DNA from: Pelagimonas sp.
GTDB taxonomy: Bacteria; Pseudomonadota; Alphaproteobacteria; Rhodobacterales; Rhodobacteraceae
Length of the DNA stretch: 64,000 nt
Assembly: GCA_025210265.1 (NCBI GenBank)
Contig: JAOASD010000032.1
Coordinates: 72,280 to 136,279, forward strand
Direction of reading: 5' to 3'
Shown here: positions 58,801 to 64,000 of the stretch, piece after piece
Numbering within the stretch: the first letter of the stretch is position 1
Layout: each line of letters starts with the position of its first letter
Program-made: the position numbers and the translations under genes
Notes under the pieces: model-generated
What the model was told of the DNA's origin: nothing
Seen by the model: only the letters and a program-made list of their open reading frames with translations
Databases searched by the model: none

Positions 58801-59579
58801 GATGCATCGCTTTCGGCTAAGGGTTTCAGTCGGTAATGGTACTGGCCGGCCAGGTCCATGCCCAAGGCCCGGTACAGGCCATTGGCCGCGTCGTTTTCCG
58901 TGGTGCAGATCACGCTCAGCCAGTCTGCGCCATTGTCGCGCGCCCAAAAGGCGGCAGAGCGCATCATCCAGGCCGCCAGCCCCTTGCGGCGGCAGGGTTC
59001 AGTGACCTCAACCGCATGGACCATGGCAATGCCCTGATCCATCGCACAAAAGGCCGATCCGGCGGGCTTGTCGGTGATGCGGCCAAAGATCCCGGTTTTC
59101 GGCCCCTTGGCCCGGTCCATCACACGCTGCCGTGCCGCCCCAATGCCACCCTTTTCCCAGATCTCGCGCATGATCGCGAGAGGTTCCCAGATGTTAAAGG
59201 CCGTGACACGGGGAATCGGCAGGTCACATAGGGCCTGCGCAGGAATCACATAGATATTCACCGGATCGACGACCTGATAGCCCCGCGCGTCCAGTGCCTG
59301 ATCCAGCGCCTGTTCCGCCGCGCCCAGACCGGGGCGGATCATGAACAGCGCGGGCTGATCCATCAGCGCCATCGCTTTTTCCGCAGCCTGCAGGTCATCG
59401 TCGGTCCAGCTGTCAGCCAGATCCCCCCGCAATGTCGTGGCCGAGACACGTTTGCCGCCGCCCCGACCTTCGCGCAGGATCCAAGGCCCGGCCTCGACCA
59501 TCGCGGCAGCGGGCCAGGTGCCATCCACCACCTGCATTAATTGCTCAGCACTGGGGCTGTTTGTCATTTTCTTATCCAC
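58797..59579 (-). CDS. GNAT-family acetyltransferase-like protein
   Basis: 260 aa. C-terminal acetyl-CoA-binding-like segment VTEPCRRKGLAAWMM. Confidence 0.6.
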   Translation of the reverse strand: MDKKMTNSPSAEQLMQVVDGTWPAAAMVEAGPWILREGRGGGKRVSATTLRGDLADSWTDDDLQAAEKAMALMDQPALFMIRPGLGAAEQALDQALDARGYQVVDPVNIYVIPAQALCDLPIPRVTAFNIWEPLAIMREIWEKGGIGAARQRVMDRAKGPKTGIFGRITDKPAGSAFCAMDQGIAMVHAVEVTEPCRRKGLAAWMMRSAAFWARDNGADWLSVICTTENDAANGLYRALGMDLAGQYHYRLKPLAESDAS

Positions 59580-59627
59580 GGCTGCGTTTATGGCCTGCGC
59601 AGACCGTGCTGTCCATGCCGTGCGTGG

Positions 59628-60359
59628 TCAAGCCTGATCCGCAGGGAACAGCGACGCCAATTCCGTCATGGCCCGGTCCACCGCTGCCCCGTCGGCCCCG
59701 CGCACAACCACATTTGCCCCATAGGCCCCGTCTTTTTGAAACGGATAAGATCCGATAGACAGATCCGGGAACCGCGCTGCCAACGCGCCCAGAGGGGCCG
59801 CGATTTCACCCTCACCGCGCATGATGCGCAGGGTCTGGCTCAGCAAAGGCGCGCCGCCGGTCAGCGTCGGTAGCAGGCTGGCCACCATGGCCTGAAACAC
59901 CGAAGGCACCCCGGCCATCACATGCACATTGCCAATGGAAAAGCCCGGCGCGACGGAAACGGGGTTGTCGATCAGCGTGGCGCCCTCGGGGATGCGGGCC
60001 ATGCGCTGGCGGGCTTCGTTGAACTCCACACCCTGCCGGTCGTAATGCGCCTGCAGCAGCGCGCGGGCATCGTCGCGCACCCTGATTGACACACCAAAGG
60101 CCTGGGCCACACAATCCGCCGTGATGTCGTCATGGGTCGGCCCGATCCCGCCGCTGGTCACAACCAGATCCGCACTGGCGCGCAGCGCGTTCAACGCCGA
60201 CACAATCGCCTCGGGATCATCGCTGACAATCCGCACCTCTTTCAGGTCGATCCCGTGGCGGGTGAATTCCTGCGCCAGAAAATGCATATTCGCATCGCGG
60301 GTCCGTCCGGACAGGATCTCGTCTCCGATCACCAGCATCGCGGCTTTGGGGTTTGTCAT
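59628..60359 (-). CDS. CinA-like competence/damage-inducible protein (MoCF-biosynthesis domain)
   Basis: AAGGAGG SD. MTNPKAAMLVIGDEILSGRTRDANMHFLA...VTSGGIGPTHDDIT. 243 aa. Confidence 0.85.
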   Translation of the reverse strand: MTNPKAAMLVIGDEILSGRTRDANMHFLAQEFTRHGIDLKEVRIVSDDPEAIVSALNALRASADLVVTSGGIGPTHDDITADCVAQAFGVSIRVRDDARALLQAHYDRQGVEFNEARQRMARIPEGATLIDNPVSVAPGFSIGNVHVMAGVPSVFQAMVASLLPTLTGGAPLLSQTLRIMRGEGEIAAPLGALAARFPDLSIGSYPFQKDGAYGANVVVRGADGAAVDRAMTELASLFPADQA

Positions 60360-60405
60360 GGCGGCCTCCTTGCCTGAGCCTTTCCTCAGGTATAGGTCCG
60401 GGGAC

Positions 60406-61110
60406 ATGCGCTTTCAAACCGATCTGATCCCCGCCACGCTGATCCGCCGCTACAAACGCTTTCTGGCCGATTGTGTGCTGGAGGATGGGCGCGAAATCAC
60501 CGCCCATGTGGCCAATCCGGGGTCGATGCTGGGGTTAAAAGACGAAGGCCTGCGCATCTGGCTGGAGCCCAACGACGACCCCAAACGCAAACTGAAATTC
60601 GCCTGGCGGCTGGTGGAACATCCCGGCCCGCATTTCACCGGGGTCGACACGGCCATCCCGAACAAAGTGCTGCGCGCGGCGCTGATGGCAGGCGAAGTAC
60701 CGGGGCTGCAAGGCTATGATCTGGTCCGCCCCGAGGTCAAATACGGCGAAAACAGCCGCATTGATTTCCTGCTGACCAGCGCAACCCGCCCCGATTGCTA
60801 TGTCGAGGTCAAATCCATGACCCTGTCCCGCCAGCCCGGCCTGGGCGAATTTCCCGACAGCGTCACAGCACGCGGCACAAAACACCTGATTGAGCTGGCC
60901 AATATGGCCCGCGCTGGCCACCGCGCCGTGCTGCTCTTCCTCGTGCAGCGCACAGACATCACCCAAACAACCCTGGCTGCCGATATCGACCCGACCTATG
61001 CCACAGCCTTTGATCAGGCCCGCGCCGCCGGTGTCGAAACTCTGGCCTTTGGCTGCAACATCACCCCGCAGGGCATCACGCTGGGCGCGCAGCTTCCCTT
61101 CGCACAATAG
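60406..61110 (+). CDS. sfsA: Sugar fermentation stimulation protein homologue (DNA-binding/nuclease fold)
   Basis: MRFQTDLIPATLIRRYKRFLADCVLEDGREITAHVANPGSM. 234 aa. Confidence 0.9.
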   Translation: MRFQTDLIPATLIRRYKRFLADCVLEDGREITAHVANPGSMLGLKDEGLRIWLEPNDDPKRKLKFAWRLVEHPGPHFTGVDTAIPNKVLRAALMAGEVPGLQGYDLVRPEVKYGENSRIDFLLTSATRPDCYVEVKSMTLSRQPGLGEFPDSVTARGTKHLIELANMARAGHRAVLLFLVQRTDITQTTLAADIDPTYATAFDQARAAGVETLAFGCNITPQGITLGAQLPFAQ

Positions 61111-61143
61111 AAAAAGGGCAACGCCCGCGCGCCGCCCTTCCTG

Positions 61144-61210
61144 TTTCCTCTTGGTCAAAATACCTCCGGGGGAGCGCCAAAGGCGCGGGGGCCGAGCCCC
61201 CAACCCCGGC
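61144..61210. repeat. Family B 3'-end repeat
   Basis: Core cctcttggtcaaaatacctccggggg (61147-61172), followed by the hairpins gcgccaaaggcgc and gggggccgagccccc. It lies between the convergent sfsA and ppaC genes. Confidence 0.7.
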
Positions 61211-61215
61211 TGCAA

Positions 61216-62136
61216 TCAGACCTTCAGGTTCGGAATGATCTGCTTCTTACGGCTCATGATGCCGGGCAGCACAACCGAGTCACCCTCAACCGATGCGCCA
61301 AAGCTCTTTTCCGCAACACCCTTCACCAGATCGTTGGGCACCAGCAGCGTGGCCTCTTCCTTCAGGATGTCCACGACGAACAGCAGAACCTCGTCCACAC
61401 CGTCTTCTTCGCGGATGGTGGCATAGGTTTCCATGATCGACGCTTTGCGCGACAGCGGGATCTCGGGCGCGGTGGTTTCCAGAACCGACACGCGGAACTT
61501 GGTGCCCTCAACCGCGTATTCCTTGCTGTCCATGCGGATCAGCTCGGCATCCGAAAACGCCGACACATCGGATTTCGCAGCGAACAGTTCAGACGCGTAG
61601 GCGTTCAGGTCCAGGTTCAGCTCGGCGGCCAGTTTCTCGGCCAGCGCCTTGTCGTGGTCGGTGGTGGTCGGCGAGCGGAATTCCAGCGTGTCCGACAGGA
61701 TGCAGCTCAGCATCGCGCCCTTGATGTTGTCGGGCATCTTGTCCGCATCGTCGCCCATCAGGTCATGCATGATGGTCGCGGTGCAGGCCAGCGGGCGGAT
61801 GGTGATGTCGATCGGGCCTTTGGTTTCCAGACCGCCGACCAGCTTGTGGTGGTCGATGATCGCCTGGATGTCGGCGTCGTTGATCGCGTCGGGCAGCTCG
61901 GCGGGGTTGTTGGTGTCCACGATCACAACCGGGGCACCGGCCTCGACGCCGTCGATGATCTCGAGCTTGTCAAAGCCCCATTTTTCCAGAACAAAGGCCG
62001 CTTCGGTGTTGGGCTCGCCCAGCAGGACGGGCTTGGCCGGGGTGCCTTTGATTTCATTCAGATACCAGGCCCAGATGATCGGGGAGCCGGTGCTGTCGGT
62101 ATCGGGGGACTTGTGGCCGAAAACCTGGATGGTCAT
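61216..62136 (-). CDS. ppaC: Manganese-dependent inorganic pyrophosphatase (family II, DHH)
   Basis: MTIQVFGHKSPDTDS, IDHH motif and DHHA2 C-terminal domain. GAGGA SD supports the ATG at 62136. 306 aa. Confidence 0.9.
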   Translation of the reverse strand: MTIQVFGHKSPDTDSTGSPIIWAWYLNEIKGTPAKPVLLGEPNTEAAFVLEKWGFDKLEIIDGVEAGAPVVIVDTNNPAELPDAINDADIQAIIDHHKLVGGLETKGPIDITIRPLACTATIMHDLMGDDADKMPDNIKGAMLSCILSDTLEFRSPTTTDHDKALAEKLAAELNLDLNAYASELFAAKSDVSAFSDAELIRMDSKEYAVEGTKFRVSVLETTAPEIPLSRKASIMETYATIREEDGVDEVLLFVVDILKEEATLLVPNDLVKGVAEKSFGASVEGDSVVLPGIMSRKKQIIPNLKV

Positions 62137-62270
62137 GGGAATCCTCATGCGCTTTGGGTCAATTTGCGCGCCTTCTAGCTTTGCACGCGCAGAAAGTCAC
62201 CCCACAGCGATGAGGGTGCGACCATGCGGTTGCTGCATGGCAACATCGCCTCGCGGGATCCGGCATGGGA

Positions 62271-63071
62271 CTATGAACAGTGTTTTTTGGCGTAGGTCGC
62301 CAGGGCCCTCGCAAAGTCCTTTGCTGCCGTCATATCAGCCAGCTGAAGTGAAATCGGCGCAGGCGAAACGATGGCCCCGGTGAGCAAACTGTCGGACTGT
62401 GGCGCATTCCCAAGATAGGTCAATGTCATCGCAAAGTTCATTTCGGCGTCATTGGTTAACAATGATTGCGCGAACCGATGAAAGGCTGGGGCATCCTTGT
62501 GCGGGCGCGGAGCGTCCCAATTCCCATTCTCATCCTGTGTCAGCAGCGTCGACAACTGGAAACTGAGGCGCTGGCCGGGCGTTTTCAGGATTTCCGCGAT
62601 CTCCTTGCGACGCGTGGTCTTGTCCATCGCAGCGAAATCTTTGGGTGCTTCTGTAATTTGCCCGCCGGAATTTGGGAGTAAAGTCAAACTCCCCTTCCGC
62701 GAAGGGATGTCAGAGGGCACACTGCCCGCGACCCCCATCACCTGAGTGATCAGGCTGGAGGAGCGTGTCTTATGCTGTGCCGTATAGTATGTTTTGCCGT
62801 TAGGGGCTGGTTTCAGATTGATCTGGTGCAGAATATAGTGACCCAGATTGAGGCGCAGAACACTGTGTTGAAAACTGCCGCTGTCCATTGCGGAAATCCT
62901 GGAGCGTATGGACAAATCGCACCCAGACAGCGCGACATCTGCTTCGGCACTCTCTGGCAGGGAGGTCTTGAATGCCGCGACGATGTGATCTGCATCACTG
63001 TCCTTGGCAACCCAGTATGCCGCCGCGCCAATCACGCATATCGACATGGCGACGAGAAAAGCTCTTTTCAT
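62271..63071 (-). CDS. Hypothetical exported protein (no recognised family)
   Basis: MKRAFLVAMSICVIGAAAYW signal/anchor sequence, about 266 aa. Lower G+C than its neighbours (hand count of 62761-62880 gives about 48%). Confidence 0.5.
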   Translation of the reverse strand: MKRAFLVAMSICVIGAAAYWVAKDSDADHIVAAFKTSLPESAEADVALSGCDLSIRSRISAMDSGSFQHSVLRLNLGHYILHQINLKPAPNGKTYYTAQHKTRSSSLITQVMGVAGSVPSDIPSRKGSLTLLPNSGGQITEAPKDFAAMDKTTRRKEIAEILKTPGQRLSFQLSTLLTQDENGNWDAPRPHKDAPAFHRFAQSLLTNDAEMNFAMTLTYLGNAPQSDSLLTGAIVSPAPISLQLADMTAAKDFARALATYAKKHCS

Positions 63072-63101
63072 CAAAATACCCAAATAGACGTTTCTGAAAG
63101 T

Positions 63102-64000
63102 CTACCGCGGCATCGGGTGCCGGGCCTTGTTGTAATCCGCCCAGTCGGTGATTTCCGGGTAATGCTGTTTGCGCCAGGCCCAGACCTTTGGGTTCATGAT
63201 CCGTTTCCACAGCGGAGGGATCATGGCCGCCGCCGTCATCAGCGGATAGCCATGCGGCAGTTGCGGCGCGCTGTCCGCAGGATATGTCTGCAACAAGGGA
63301 AACCTCCGGTCGGGTTTATAATGGTGATCCGAATGGCGTTGCAGGTTGATCATCAGCCAGTTGGTCGCCTTATGCGCGGCATTCCAGGAATGATGCGGTT
63401 TCACATGTTCATAGCGCCCGTCGCCCAGATGTTTGCGCGTCAGCCCGTAATGTTCAACATAATTCACCACCTCCAACTGCCAGATCGCGACCCCGGCCTG
63501 CACGGCAAACAGCAAAATTCCATAGGCCCCGCCCACCAGATACGCCAGCAGGGCCATGCCCGCCTGCAAGGTCAGATACAGCCAGAACGGATTGCGCCGC
63601 GCATACCAGGGCAGACCGCGCCGCGCGAGCAGATCGCGCTCTGCGGTGAAAGACGACACCAGGCTTTGCCGCAACACGCGAGGGTAGAACCGATGGAAGC
63701 CCTCGTTATAGCGCGCAGTGACCGGATCGCGTGGCGTCCCGACATAACGGTGATGCACCAAAAGATGCTCGGACCGGAAATGGCTGTACAGAACCATGGC
63801 CAGCAACAGATCTCCCAGGATGCGCTCCAGCCGGTTGCGCTGATGCAGCAGCTCATGGGCATAAACGATCCCCACTGTGCCGCTCATGACGCCCATGCCG
63901 AACATCACGCCAAACACCTCCCAGCCCCCCAGATGGGGGGCGCGGCTGACATAGGCGATCAGGCCAAACAGGGTCAGGACGTGCAGGGGCACCCAAATCT
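63102..64000 (-). CDS. alkB: Alkane 1-monooxygenase (AlkB-type membrane di-iron hydroxylase); 5' end outside window
   Basis: His boxes HELLHQ, EHLLVHHRYVGT, NYVEHYGL and LQRHSDHH. The ORF is open to the window edge. Confidence 0.85.
   Translation of the reverse strand, partial: IWVPLHVLTLFGLIAYVSRAPHLGGWEVFGVMFGMGVMSGTVGIVYAHELLHQRNRLERILGDLLLAMVLYSHFRSEHLLVHHRYVGTPRDPVTARYNEGFHRFYPRVLRQSLVSSFTAERDLLARRGLPWYARRNPFWLYLTLQAGMALLAYLVGGAYGILLFAVQAGVAIWQLEVVNYVEHYGLTRKHLGDGRYEHVKPHHSWNAAHKATNWLMINLQRHSDHHYKPDRRFPLLQTYPADSAPQLPHGYPLMTAAAMIPPLWKRIMNPKVWAWRKQHYPEITDWADYNKARHPMPR

Overview
The window looks like a gene-dense, high-GC alphaproteobacterial chromosome segment. The Rhodobacterales-like assignment is an inference from gene content and order, not a search result. 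I call about 60 protein genes, one tRNA-Arg(CCU), several intrinsic terminators and two families of extragenic repeats.

Most genes are housekeeping or central metabolism:
- ETF-QO (3' part), ispE, ispB, phaB/phaA, rpsD, smpB, sseA and an aromatic/aspartate aminotransferase
- deoC with a fused aldehyde dehydrogenase, rsfS, rlmH, pcaB/pcaD, truB and metG
- fadH, sfsA, ppaC and alkB (5' end outside the window)

I saw no rRNA, CRISPR array, transposase, integrase, phage gene or reverse transcriptase. Many long ORFs in the supplied track are antisense shadows of real genes and were rejected. Several real genes start downstream of the ORF-track start and were trimmed to SD-supported starts.

The most unusual content:
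1. A head-to-tail array of three ~765-aa paralogues (49022-56010, minus strand). Each has an N-terminal seven-fold repeat that looks like a 7-bladed beta-propeller, about 25 RTX nonapeptide Ca-binding repeats, and a type-I-secretion-style C-terminus. Their 3' ends are nearly identical at the DNA level while their 5' halves are strongly diverged. A fourth, all-repeat RTX gene lies at 20895-22334. No T1SS transporter genes are in the window.
2. A small module at 16264-17949: a membrane-anchored OmpR-type winged-helix regulator, an overlapping small exported protein, and a divergent exported His-rich protein.
3. Two extragenic repeat families and a pair of AT-rich perfect palindromes.

All functional calls rest on motif and family recognition by eye. 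No database search was run.
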